A DNA stretch of 64,000 bases from a virus. How positions within the stretch are numbered: position 1 is the first letter of the stretch; every line of letters starts with the position of its first letter. The notes under the pieces are model-generated. The model was not told the DNA's origin. It ran no database searches and was given only the letters and a program-made list of their open reading frames with translations. The DNA lies in IMG/VR virus record IMGVR_UViG_3300031787_000078, positions 1,581-65,580 of that record; one strand, 5' to 3'. Made by a program: the position numbers and the translations under genes. Shown piece after piece: positions 45,861-54,717 of the stretch.

Positions 45861-47513
45861 ATGTTATTTTTTGTGTCCTTCTTTGGATTGGGCCAAACAT
45901 TTACCTATTCTGGTTACATTTATAATGCTGATGGGACAGGTGCGGTAAATGTACCTGTTAAGTTGTATAAAAGAACTACACCCGTGATGAATGGGTTTAC
46001 GTCACAAACTAATTATAACGGACATTCATATTATCGATCAACAGGGGTTGCGACTTGGACGACAGCAAAAAGTGCGTGTGAGGCAATGAATGGTCATTTA
46101 GCCACAATATCGAATGCCTCAGAAAATACATTTCTTTTTAATACGTGGCCTTCAGGTTGGATTGGGTATTATCAAGACCGTGTAGCAGGATATACCTATT
46201 CAGAACCAACGGGTGGATATAGATGGACAGAAACTCAAGTTACAAGTGGTTTAGATGCTGACTATGATGTATCATCTTATACATCAGGACCAACTTTAGT
46301 TGATATCAAATCATCAATTAATGCCACACTATATAATTCTCCGACCTATTCAAGTACGGGAGGTAAATACTTAACATTCAATGGTTCTAATCAATATGCG
46401 ATAACTAATAACTTAGCTTCAAAATTCACATCAACCGCAATATCAGTAGTTGCTTGGATTTATCCAACAGGAAATGGGGTGATTGCATCTGAATTAAATA
46501 TCCCAAGCACAACATCAGGTTGGCACGAATCAATTATAGAAATTACAGGGTCAAATACCTTAAGAGTTGGGTTTTGGAACGGTACGGGTATTACGCAATT
46601 AAACACTCCTATTACACTTAATACATGGAATATGGTTTGTATCACTTATGATGGAACCACAATGAGAGGTTATTTAAATAATGTGAGTTTTGGAAGTGTA
46701 AACTTTTCTCGACAAGCGGCATTTATACATGGAGGAAATGGTCAACAACATTTCGCATTTGGATTAAATGATGCAACCAATATGGGTTCAGGTGCATTTG
46801 GGTCGTTTAGATTAGGTGACATCCAATTTTTTGACCGAGCAATTACCGTAGATGAAATTGATAGAACATTTAATTTATATGCTTATAGATATAGAACAAA
46901 TCAATATACTAACTGGAATCCTGGTGAACCAAATGATTCGGGTGGTGAGGATTATACACAATTTGTGGGTGGTGGTAAATGGAATGACTTACCCGTAAAT
47001 TATAGTTTCCAATACGTAATTGAGTTTGATTATATTGTTGATTATACACCATGGGTTTTATTTCAAACGGTATACACTAACTCATCAGGATACTATAGTT
47101 TTTCACAACCAACGAATCCTGCAGTAGAATGGTACTTACAATACGATGCACCAACACCAGTTACGACTTTACAAATAACAGACATGGTTGAAGTGTCTAA
47201 ATTGGTTTTAGGTATTACACCAATTAAAAGTATTCATTATCACAGATATGATGTTAACTATGATGGTAAAATAAATGTTGCTGATGAAAACTACATAAAC
47301 TTAAGAAGATATAATTTTTTTAATAGTTGGGTAACGATGTCACCTGCTAGATTATTTACACCGGCACAATACACAACATTAACAACAAATACAACAGATT
47401 TAAGAGTAACTATTCCTGGTGTATCATCTATAACAATAAACTCACCTGTAAGTGGAGGTTCGCAAAACTACTACTTAATAGCTCCGGGTTATAAAACAAC
47501 TGTAAACTATTAA
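45861..47513 (+). CDS. secreted C-type lectin-like protein with nested LamG (concanavalin-like) insertion and EF-hand/dockerin-like loop
   Basis: CTLD N-half WTTAKSACEAMNGHLATISNASENTFLFNTW…WIGY and C-half NWNPGEPND…EDY…KWND with EPN/WND Ca-sugar motifs and only one Cys; about 250 aa between the halves looks LamG-like (VVAWIYP…WHE…VCITYDGTTMRGYLNNV); DVNYDGKINVAD loop. Start uncertain: track TTG 45783, GTG 45822 or ATG 45861. Confidence 0.55.
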   Translation: MLFFVSFFGLGQTFTYSGYIYNADGTGAVNVPVKLYKRTTPVMNGFTSQTNYNGHSYYRSTGVATWTTAKSACEAMNGHLATISNASENTFLFNTWPSGWIGYYQDRVAGYTYSEPTGGYRWTETQVTSGLDADYDVSSYTSGPTLVDIKSSINATLYNSPTYSSTGGKYLTFNGSNQYAITNNLASKFTSTAISVVAWIYPTGNGVIASELNIPSTTSGWHESIIEITGSNTLRVGFWNGTGITQLNTPITLNTWNMVCITYDGTTMRGYLNNVSFGSVNFSRQAAFIHGGNGQQHFAFGLNDATNMGSGAFGSFRLGDIQFFDRAITVDEIDRTFNLYAYRYRTNQYTNWNPGEPNDSGGEDYTQFVGGGKWNDLPVNYSFQYVIEFDYIVDYTPWVLFQTVYTNSSGYYSFSQPTNPAVEWYLQYDAPTPVTTLQITDMVEVSKLVLGITPIKSIHYHRYDVNYDGKINVADENYINLRRYNFFNSWVTMSPARLFTPAQYTTLTTNTTDLRVTIPGVSSITINSPVSGGSQNYYLIAPGYKTTVNY

Positions 47514-47514
47514 C

Positions 47515-47964
47515 ATGAAAAATTTATTATTTACCTTGATATTGTTATTTCCGTTTTTTATCTTTTCACAAGAATGTGTTAAGGTTGATACGGTATTTGT
47601 AACGGCAAAACTAAGAGAACTTGGATCAAGAGACATTAGATTTGGTATTAAACAAATAGTTGAGGAAGAACTTTCTCAGAAGTTTTGTTTATCTGATGAT
47701 GGGGAATCTGTAAAAGTTGAAGTTTTTTATTTTGGATTACCAAAAACAACAATTAGAGTTGTTGGGGTTGAAAAAACTAATACAATAACTCAAGTGGGGG
47801 TAAAACTTCACTACAAAGGTAATTGCTATGAAGGTATTGGAGAATCGGATACTGAGATCAGGGCAATTATGATTGAAGTTAAAGAAGGAACAATTCCATT
47901 TGAAAAAATGACCGTATCAACAGCACTTAAAAAAGCAATACACGAAGCGGCAATTAAGTTATGA
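47515..47964 (+). CDS. secreted hypothetical protein
   Basis: Signal peptide MKNLLFTLILLFPFFIFSQ. Confidence 0.45.
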   Translation: MKNLLFTLILLFPFFIFSQECVKVDTVFVTAKLRELGSRDIRFGIKQIVEEELSQKFCLSDDGESVKVEVFYFGLPKTTIRVVGVEKTNTITQVGVKLHYKGNCYEGIGESDTEIRAIMIEVKEGTIPFEKMTVSTALKKAIHEAAIKL

Positions 47965-48416
47965 AAAAATTATGGATAGTTTTATTGTTTTTATTCACTT
48001 CAATATATTCGTTTGGACAGTTAACTGTTACCGATGTAGGGGATGGATGGAAAAACAAAGTTGATAGTGCGTTAAAAATAATTCAAACTTACGATATTGA
48101 AAAATATAATGTAATACTTGAAACTTGTACTCTCATTGGATATTGGAATGAATCTTTTTCAACAACTGAAGGTGATTCTGTTATTTTAATATCAGTAAAA
48201 GATATGAATAACACAAGTATTAATAATATTGCGGCAATTTTAGTTCACGAATCTTTACATTTATTTATAAAACAGATGTATACCAAACTTAATCCTAATA
48301 AAGAAGAAACTATGTGTTATGCTTATGAATTAAATTTTCTACAAAAAATACCAAATGTTGAAAAATGGTTAATTGATAATGCAACAACCAAAATAAAATA
48401 TTATTCATCACAATAG
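47961..48416 (+). CDS. secreted protein with HExxH motif (possible small zinc metallopeptidase)
   Basis: Signal peptide MKKLWIVLLFLFTSIYSFGQ; ILVHESLHLF contains HESLH. Confidence 0.35.
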   Translation: MKKLWIVLLFLFTSIYSFGQLTVTDVGDGWKNKVDSALKIIQTYDIEKYNVILETCTLIGYWNESFSTTEGDSVILISVKDMNNTSINNIAAILVHESLHLFIKQMYTKLNPNKEETMCYAYELNFLQKIPNVEKWLIDNATTKIKYYSSQ

Positions 48417-48452
48417 TTGATATTGTCATTCAAATTGCTTAATTTTAGTCAT

Positions 48453-48680
48453 ATGGAAGCAATATTGAAATTTAATTTACCTGAAGAAACCCACGAATTT
48501 AAAATGGCGATAGATGGATCTAAATGGTCTCTCGCAATGTGGGAACTTGACCAATGGTTAAGATCTGAGACAAAATATAATGCGGAAGCATTATCACAAG
48601 AAAAATACGATGCTTATTGTGAAATTAGAGATAAGATATATAGTATTTTAAATAAAGATGGAATAAGTTTTGACGATTAA
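48453..48680 (+). CDS. hypothetical protein
   Basis: Track start 48417 is TTG; first ATG (MEAILKF…) at 48453. Confidence 0.35.
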   Translation: MEAILKFNLPEETHEFKMAIDGSKWSLAMWELDQWLRSETKYNAEALSQEKYDAYCEIRDKIYSILNKDGISFDD

Positions 48681-48684
48681 GATT

Positions 48685-48963
48685 ATGAAAAAAAATAACA
48701 CTAACGAAAACAATAGTCCTGAACTATTGATTGTTTTAATATTGGGTATCGCATTGGGTTTATTTTTAATATCTTGTGATGAACAACCAAAAACAAAACA
48801 AATCCCCCAAGAACCTAAAGTATTAACTAAAGATACTGAAAATTATTATCAAAGAGTGACCGAATACACTTATGAAGGGTGCGAATATATCAAAGTTGGT
48901 TATGGTCAAAGTATTTGGGGATCACATAAAGGTAATTGTAAAAACCCAATACATAGTAAATAA
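48685..48963 (+). CDS. putative lipoprotein
   Basis: Track start is TTG; ATG at 48685 gives MKKNNTNENNSPELLIVLILGIALGLFLISC, a signal with lipobox-like LISC. Confidence 0.4.
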   Translation: MKKNNTNENNSPELLIVLILGIALGLFLISCDEQPKTKQIPQEPKVLTKDTENYYQRVTEYTYEGCEYIKVGYGQSIWGSHKGNCKNPIHSK

Positions 48964-48964
48964 T

Positions 48965-49288
48965 ATGACAGATCAAGAAATACTTAAGTTTGGTGAGATC
49001 CAGTACTTAAAAGGTCGTTTGGATGAGTTATATAAGGCAATCCCAACCATCACCAACATGGAAAGACGAAGAAAATTGGATCAAAGAATTGAAAAGTACA
49101 TTAACAAACTAAAAAAAGTTGATGAGGTTGCTTATCGTTTGTATGAGGTTGAATTAAATGCAAGGCACAGAGTTAAAGTTAAGGGAAAGTTAGAGACAGA
49201 AAACTTATTAAATGAGATACTTAATTCTGAAATGATTACGGACGAAAACCTTATTAAAAAAATTAAAGATAAGTTAGAAACTTTTTGA
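48965..49288 (+). CDS. hypothetical coiled-coil protein
   Basis: ATG at 48965 directly after the upstream stop; the longer track ORF 48872 overlaps the upstream gene. Confidence 0.4.
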   Translation: MTDQEILKFGEIQYLKGRLDELYKAIPTITNMERRRKLDQRIEKYINKLKKVDEVAYRLYEVELNARHRVKVKGKLETENLLNEILNSEMITDENLIKKIKDKLETF

Positions 49289-49662
49289 TGAGTAAGAAAC
49301 CTGACAATGTTGCGGATAATCCGGGTTTATTACCGTATGGGTCAAATGTGGGTGCACCATCAATAAAGGTGGACAATATTGAAAGTTGGAAAAATTCTAA
49401 AGTAATAAAAGTTAATAAGGAATTCAATAATAGATATGAATCACTAAAGAAACAATATGATGAATTGGTGGAAGAATTTAAATGGAATGAAATCGTTTAT
49501 AATTCTAAGTTTAATTTTGAACCTGTTGTTGGTGAAACTTATCATTTGTACTATGGACAAAATAGATCAACATTTCTATCATTAGTTGAACCGAGTCAAT
49601 GGAATAAAGAACACATTGGTTCGTTTACATTAAACTATGATAATAAATGGATTAAATTATGA
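49288..49662 (+). CDS. hypothetical protein
   Basis: Track start 49285 is TTG; ATG one codon later. Confidence 0.4.
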   Translation: MSKKPDNVADNPGLLPYGSNVGAPSIKVDNIESWKNSKVIKVNKEFNNRYESLKKQYDELVEEFKWNEIVYNSKFNFEPVVGETYHLYYGQNRSTFLSLVEPSQWNKEHIGSFTLNYDNKWIKL

Positions 49663-49807
49663 ATGATAGATTTGGATTTTTTGTTGATACCTTTAAAGGG
49701 ATTGGTTTAGGAATTACTTTTGGGGTTTATGATAAACATTTAATTGGTATGGGAACCTTTTTATGTTTTAATTTTTACATAGAAATTAGATTAAAAAAAT
49801 AATTATT

Positions 49808-49815
49808 ATATTTGT
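49808..49815 (+). promoter_or_regulatory. TATATTTG -7-like element
   Basis: TAnnTTTG 4 nt before the ATG at 49819 (position approximate to within 1 nt). Confidence 0.3.
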
Positions 49816-49818
49816 AAA

Positions 49819-50526
49819 ATGAAAATTACTATAATATCAGATACTCACAATCATCACAATAGAATTACTGATGACTTACCTGGTGGTGATCTACTTATTC
49901 ACGCTGGTGACCTTAGTTCTATGGGTTATCAACATGAGATTGAAAATTTTGCAAAATGGTTTGATGGTTTAAATAACTATGATCATAAAGTTTTTATTAG
50001 TGGTAACCACGACTGGGGATTTCAAAATAACAGTGAGAAAATTAAAGGTCTTTTAACGGGTTATAAAACAATTGATTATCTTGAAGATGATTGGATTACC
50101 GTTGGAGATGATGATCCACATAATGTAAATGTAAAAACTGCTAAAATTTGGGGTAGTCCTTGGCAACCTGAGTTTTATAATTGGGCATTCAATTTACCCC
50201 GAAATGGTGATGAGTTGAAATCAAAATGGGATATGATTCCTGAGGACATTGACATTTTAATTACTCATGGACCGGCTTGGGGTTTTCTTGATGATGTTGA
50301 AGGTAGAAGAGGGGAACATCTTGGGTGTGAATTACTTATAGAAAAAATAAGACAGATTAAACCAAAAATTCATATATGTGGACACATTCATACAGGATAT
50401 GGTCATTTCTACAATGGGCAAACTCACTTCTTCAACGCTTCGGTTCTTAATGAAAGATATGCTTACGCTCATTTACCTTGGAATATAGATTGGAATCCGA
50501 TAACAAATGAAATTGAATTTTTATGA
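49819..50526 (+). CDS. calcineurin-like metallophosphoesterase
   Basis: ISDTHNHH, HAGDL, ISGNHD, ITHGP, CGHIHTGYGH. Confidence 0.8.
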   Translation: MKITIISDTHNHHNRITDDLPGGDLLIHAGDLSSMGYQHEIENFAKWFDGLNNYDHKVFISGNHDWGFQNNSEKIKGLLTGYKTIDYLEDDWITVGDDDPHNVNVKTAKIWGSPWQPEFYNWAFNLPRNGDELKSKWDMIPEDIDILITHGPAWGFLDDVEGRRGEHLGCELLIEKIRQIKPKIHICGHIHTGYGHFYNGQTHFFNASVLNERYAYAHLPWNIDWNPITNEIEFL

Positions 50527-51023
50527 TGGAAAAGGCAAAATTTATTGAGAATAAAATTTTTAAAGATAAACGAGGTACGTTTAGTCCTTTAGATCTGGCT
50601 AAACTTGATAAAAATTGGGTTCAAAGTAATATTAGTACAAATCCCCAAAAATTTACACTCAGAGGATTACATTTCCAAAAGAATGAATACGCTCAGGCCA
50701 AGTTAATTAAAGTCATCTCAGGTAAGATATTGGACTTTGTTGTTGATCTTAGAACAGTATCTGAAGATTATGAAAAAGTATTTTTCTTTGAGATGAATGA
50801 AGGGGATGAGGTTTATGTCCCAAGATATTTTGCTCACGGATTTATCACACTTCAAAAAGATACTGTGGTTCAATATTTAGTTGATAACGATTACAGTCCT
50901 GAGAATGAAGGTGTGGCAGTGTGGACCAAATATCCTGAAATTGAGAGAGAAATAAAGAAGTTAGATTTAACGTTTGATAGTAATTTGATTATTATTGAAA
51001 ACAAAGATTTGGTGGAAAAATAA
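50523..51023 (+). CDS. dTDP-4-dehydrorhamnose 3,5-epimerase (RmlC)-like cupin
   Basis: FKDKRGTF, RGLHFQ, KLIKVISGKILDFVVDLR, YVPRYFAHGFITL match the RmlC pattern. Confidence 0.6.
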   Translation: MMEKAKFIENKIFKDKRGTFSPLDLAKLDKNWVQSNISTNPQKFTLRGLHFQKNEYAQAKLIKVISGKILDFVVDLRTVSEDYEKVFFFEMNEGDEVYVPRYFAHGFITLQKDTVVQYLVDNDYSPENEGVAVWTKYPEIEREIKKLDLTFDSNLIIIENKDLVEK

Positions 51024-51058
51024 AATTTAGTTGATATTTATAATTAAAAATAAATATT

Positions 51059-51568
51059 ATGGAAGAAAAAGATTTAACTAAAAAAGTTTTTGAAGAACTA
51101 AAGAGACGTGGCTTATATGAGCAAGACGATACTTTAGAGGATGAGGACGATAATGACGATGAAGATAACGATACCCAAGATGATGATATCAACGACAATA
51201 CCAATGATGAATTCTGTGAAATGGTTTGTCGTTTGTTACATTCTCAAACACAAGTTCACGTATTTCATTTACAAACTAAGTCATATTCTGAGCACAAAGC
51301 ATTACAAGGATATTACGAAGGCATTGATGCGTTAGTTGATGGAATTGTTGAGTCATATCAAGGTAAATACGGTCTTATTACAAATTATAAATCATATGAT
51401 ATGGAACAATACTCTAACGGAAAGAAAACCATTAATTACTTTATGGAATTATTAAAAGTAATTGAGGAAAATAGAGAATCAGTTGAAGATTCCTATATCC
51501 AAAATCAAATTGATACCGTTCAGGAATTAATTAACTCTACCGTGTATAAACTTAAATTTTTAAAATAA
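51059..51568 (+). CDS. hypothetical protein with poly-acidic N-terminal region
   Basis: DTLEDEDDNDDEDNDTQDDDINDNTNDE stretch. Confidence 0.45.
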   Translation: MEEKDLTKKVFEELKRRGLYEQDDTLEDEDDNDDEDNDTQDDDINDNTNDEFCEMVCRLLHSQTQVHVFHLQTKSYSEHKALQGYYEGIDALVDGIVESYQGKYGLITNYKSYDMEQYSNGKKTINYFMELLKVIEENRESVEDSYIQNQIDTVQELINSTVYKLKFLK

Positions 51569-51576
51569 TTTATTTT

Positions 51577-51612
51577 TTTGTTTGACCAATTAAAAATAAA
51601 TTGTTATCTTTG
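51577..51612 (+). promoter_or_regulatory. Bacteroidetes-type promoter (-33 TTTG(TTTG), 20-nt spacer, -7 TATCTTTG)
   Basis: TTTG at 51577-51584 and TATCTTTG at 51605-51612; ATG 29 nt downstream at 51642. Confidence 0.45.
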
Positions 51613-51641
51613 TTGAAGTATTAATTAAATCATTTTAAAAA

Positions 51642-51872
51642 ATGGGAAAAGGAACAACAAAAGGTCGTTACATTTGTAAAGTAGGATTTTATGACATTTA
51701 TGCATCTGACTCAATGAGAAAAGTTGCTGGTAGAGGAAACTTAACTGAAGTTGCATCTACAGTGTATAATGTCTATCATGCAAAGAAGTTAAAAGAGAAA
51801 GGGTTTAAAACAAAAGATTTAGCTGTAGAAAAGGCTAAAGAAATGATGGAGTACCATATGATTGGGAAATAA
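51642..51872 (+). CDS. hypothetical protein
   Basis: 76-aa ORF behind a promoter-like element. Confidence 0.4.
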   Translation: MGKGTTKGRYICKVGFYDIYASDSMRKVAGRGNLTEVASTVYNVYHAKKLKEKGFKTKDLAVEKAKEMMEYHMIGK

Positions 51873-51903
51873 AAAAAAGTCGGATGAAAGTCCGACTTTT
51901 TTA
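51871..51903. terminator. bidirectional rho-independent terminator
   Basis: A8-AGTCGGA-TGAAAG-TCCGACT-T6: A-tract and T-tract flank a 7-bp stem between convergent genes. Confidence 0.65.
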
Positions 51904-51904
51904 T

Positions 51905-52870
51905 TTAATTAATATTTGGATTGTCAAGATACGAGACATTAACAACAATATCTCTTGAGACATCTCTACCTAATACGGACGATGAGTACCTTGAAATATA
52001 ATCTTTCATTAGATCGGTAACATATTCTTTTGTTACTCCCATCATTTCATCTCTGAAGAAATTACCCGCTTCTCTATCAATTTTAAGACCATTCATTTTA
52101 TCGACTGTTACAACTTCAACGTCAATCACAGGATTACCGTCTTCAATATTAACACTCATAAAATTAAAACCAACCCTTACTCTTGGATCCCAACCTAATC
52201 TTACCTGTTTGAATTCATTAAGTTGTTTTTCAATTGTATTAATAAACTTTTCATTTTTATTTGTGATAACTTTATCTACTGATTCATTACCTGATTTAAG
52301 ATCTTTCATTTCATTTCTTGATACGATAATCATTGTTTTACCAATTGAACTATTGTATCTTGTTGGGTTGGATTGAGACATATGTTTACTGGTTGATGAT
52401 GAATATTTGTTATCAACTTCAAACCATCTTCTATATTTGTACATAAATATTGGATACCAATTCCAAGAATAAACAATATAAGCCCAATCGCCTTTATAAT
52501 CTTTTTCCCATTCTGCGTGTAAGTTTGAACCTTTAAATGGTTTTAGTTCTCTAACTAAATCTCCTGCTCTTTGATTAGATGTTCTTTGAGATTTTAATTT
52601 ATGGTATTGATTTAATTCACTTTTTTTAGTTAAATCATATCTACCATCTTCTCTGTAATTTTGAGTATATAAATTAAAATAATGAGTATGTTCAGATGGA
52701 TCAAGACCAAATGATTTCATATTTTTTAACATAAAATCACCAAGTTTTGATGAGGTTGCATTAGGTGATTTTTTATAGTTATTAAGAAATTTAAAAAATA
52801 ATGATTCTTTTTTTGTAAAAGCGTTCTCTTCTTCAAATTCCCTTAATAGTTTTCGTAATAAATCTCTCAT
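51905..52870 (-). CDS. hypothetical protein (opposite strand)
   Basis: 321-aa ATG ORF on the minus strand with terminator and divergent intergenic context. Confidence 0.5.
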   Translation of the reverse strand: MRDLLRKLLREFEEENAFTKKESLFFKFLNNYKKSPNATSSKLGDFMLKNMKSFGLDPSEHTHYFNLYTQNYREDGRYDLTKKSELNQYHKLKSQRTSNQRAGDLVRELKPFKGSNLHAEWEKDYKGDWAYIVYSWNWYPIFMYKYRRWFEVDNKYSSSTSKHMSQSNPTRYNSSIGKTMIIVSRNEMKDLKSGNESVDKVITNKNEKFINTIEKQLNEFKQVRLGWDPRVRVGFNFMSVNIEDGNPVIDVEVVTVDKMNGLKIDREAGNFFRDEMMGVTKEYVTDLMKDYISRYSSSVLGRDVSRDIVVNVSYLDNPNIN

Positions 52871-52955
52871 AATATATAAATACCGATTAAAATAAAAAAT
52901 ATCATTTATTTAATATTATGTAATTATTTTTATAATTAAGGTAAATAGTATTTTT

Positions 52956-53309
52956 ATGGCACATCCTTTATTACACGCAAAAAGTTCCGTCAAAAAGTTT
53001 GGTGGGAAGGTTGAAGATTATATTCATTTACATAATTGGATGGATGAAACAAAAGCATGGGTCGGTCATTCTTATCATAGAATGTTTAGACACCATTCTG
53101 AGGGTATTTTTGAAATGGAAAAAATATTTGGCGATTCATTTATTAATAGTGATGATAAAGTTGTTTATACAAGATACGTGGGGGAACAACACGTTAAGGA
53201 AGATTGTTATGATTATATCCCAACGGCAAAAGAATGGATTCAAGGTATTCAAAGTAAAGAAAAACCCATGTGGATGACAAGAACATTGGATCTTAAATTT
53301 GATGATTAA
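52956..53309 (+). CDS. hypothetical protein
   Basis: 117-aa ORF. Confidence 0.4.
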   Translation: MAHPLLHAKSSVKKFGGKVEDYIHLHNWMDETKAWVGHSYHRMFRHHSEGIFEMEKIFGDSFINSDDKVVYTRYVGEQHVKEDCYDYIPTAKEWIQGIQSKEKPMWMTRTLDLKFDD

Positions 53310-53332
53310 CATATTTATATAATAAAAAACTT

Positions 53333-54004
53333 ATGAAAAAATATTTTGAATCATTATTACTCTACATGAGAAATTTAGGTGTTGATAGAATATGGACTGA
53401 AATGACAATGGATGGATCACACGTTGACTATTGGGACGAAGATTTTCAAGCAACTAAAAATGGGGATTATAAACAAATCCCAATCCCCAAACAATTTATA
53501 AAATTGTTTGATACGTTAATTGAAAAATATGGTAAAGAAATATGGGATGGATCGAGTAATGAATGGGATTCTGAGTATTATAGAGTTAATATTAATGTTT
53601 CGTTATCTGAAAGAAAAATAATCATTACTAGTGATATTGAAGAACAAACAAGTGAGGGTTCTTCAGATGAATATGATGTTATTGAGGATCCTGAAGTACA
53701 ATCCTTTTTAGATGACAATAAAATAGATGATCTTGTAGTTAAATATTCTGGTGGGGGTGATGATGGTTATATTGACGATGATGGATATGACGATGAAGGT
53801 AATCAATATAGGTTATCGGATGATTTAGAAAATTACTTATATACAAAGTTAAATAATACTTTTGGTGGTTGGGAAATAAATGAAGGATCTAGTGGTAAAT
53901 TTATCATTAATAGACAAACTATGGAAATTGAACATGAGTGGTATGATAGAGAATGGGTCCCAAGCGATTTACGAATTGAAATAACAGAAAAAGATTTGAA
54001 TTAA
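53333..54004 (+). CDS. hypothetical protein (tandem paralog 1)
   Basis: C-terminal FGGWEINEGSSGKFIINRQTMEIEHEWYDREW resembles the C-terminus of the next ORF; acidic middle region. Confidence 0.45.
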   Translation: MKKYFESLLLYMRNLGVDRIWTEMTMDGSHVDYWDEDFQATKNGDYKQIPIPKQFIKLFDTLIEKYGKEIWDGSSNEWDSEYYRVNINVSLSERKIIITSDIEEQTSEGSSDEYDVIEDPEVQSFLDDNKIDDLVVKYSGGGDDGYIDDDGYDDEGNQYRLSDDLENYLYTKLNNTFGGWEINEGSSGKFIINRQTMEIEHEWYDREWVPSDLRIEITEKDLN

Positions 54005-54005
54005 A

Positions 54006-54683
54006 ATGGAGGAAAAACTATTAAATGATTTAAAACCTTTATTTATTTATACCAAAAAAGTTGGTGAGTGTGCGATTACTGCCGAAATGGAATTAAATCG
54101 TGTTACAAATATATCTAAACACATTTCTAAAATTGATAAGGAAGGAAAAACAATCCCGGCAATTCCAATGATAGGTATGTTTAAAGGACCAATTAAACAA
54201 ATATTAGAAATGTATGGGGAAGAAATGATTAGACATTTAGATGATAATAATGATGAAGATGACTATCACTCTCCATTAGTTACTATTTATCCTGATCAAA
54301 AAAAAATAAATATCCGTGATTTTGCTTATTTTGTTATTGAAGAAGAGTACGATGGTGTTTTTAGAAATAGTGAAAGGTTAATGGAAGATATGATTGAAGA
54401 CAATGTTAAAAATTTTAGGTTTGATTTTTGGGGAGGTTGGGGTGATAGAGAATTAGATATTCAAGCTCTTAGAGGTGATAGAAATGCTGTCCCTGGATTA
54501 GTAAGACCATATTATCGTTTTTTCACTGATTTACTTGAAGAAAAATTTACAGGATGGGATACGGAAGAAGGATCTTATGGGACAATAGAAGTTAATGAAT
54601 CAAGAATAATAGTAAGTTGTTATATGAGATCAAAAGAATGGCGTTGGACTGGATTTGAAAAAACTTTAAGTGTGAATTCTTAA
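54006..54683 (+). CDS. hypothetical protein (tandem paralog 2)
   Basis: C-terminal FTGWDTEEGSYGTIEVNESRIIVSCYMRSKEWRW. Confidence 0.45.
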   Translation: MEEKLLNDLKPLFIYTKKVGECAITAEMELNRVTNISKHISKIDKEGKTIPAIPMIGMFKGPIKQILEMYGEEMIRHLDDNNDEDDYHSPLVTIYPDQKKINIRDFAYFVIEEEYDGVFRNSERLMEDMIEDNVKNFRFDFWGGWGDRELDIQALRGDRNAVPGLVRPYYRFFTDLLEEKFTGWDTEEGSYGTIEVNESRIIVSCYMRSKEWRWTGFEKTLSVNS

Positions 54684-54717
54684 AGTAAAGACATATTTAT
54701 TAATAAAACAAATAAAT

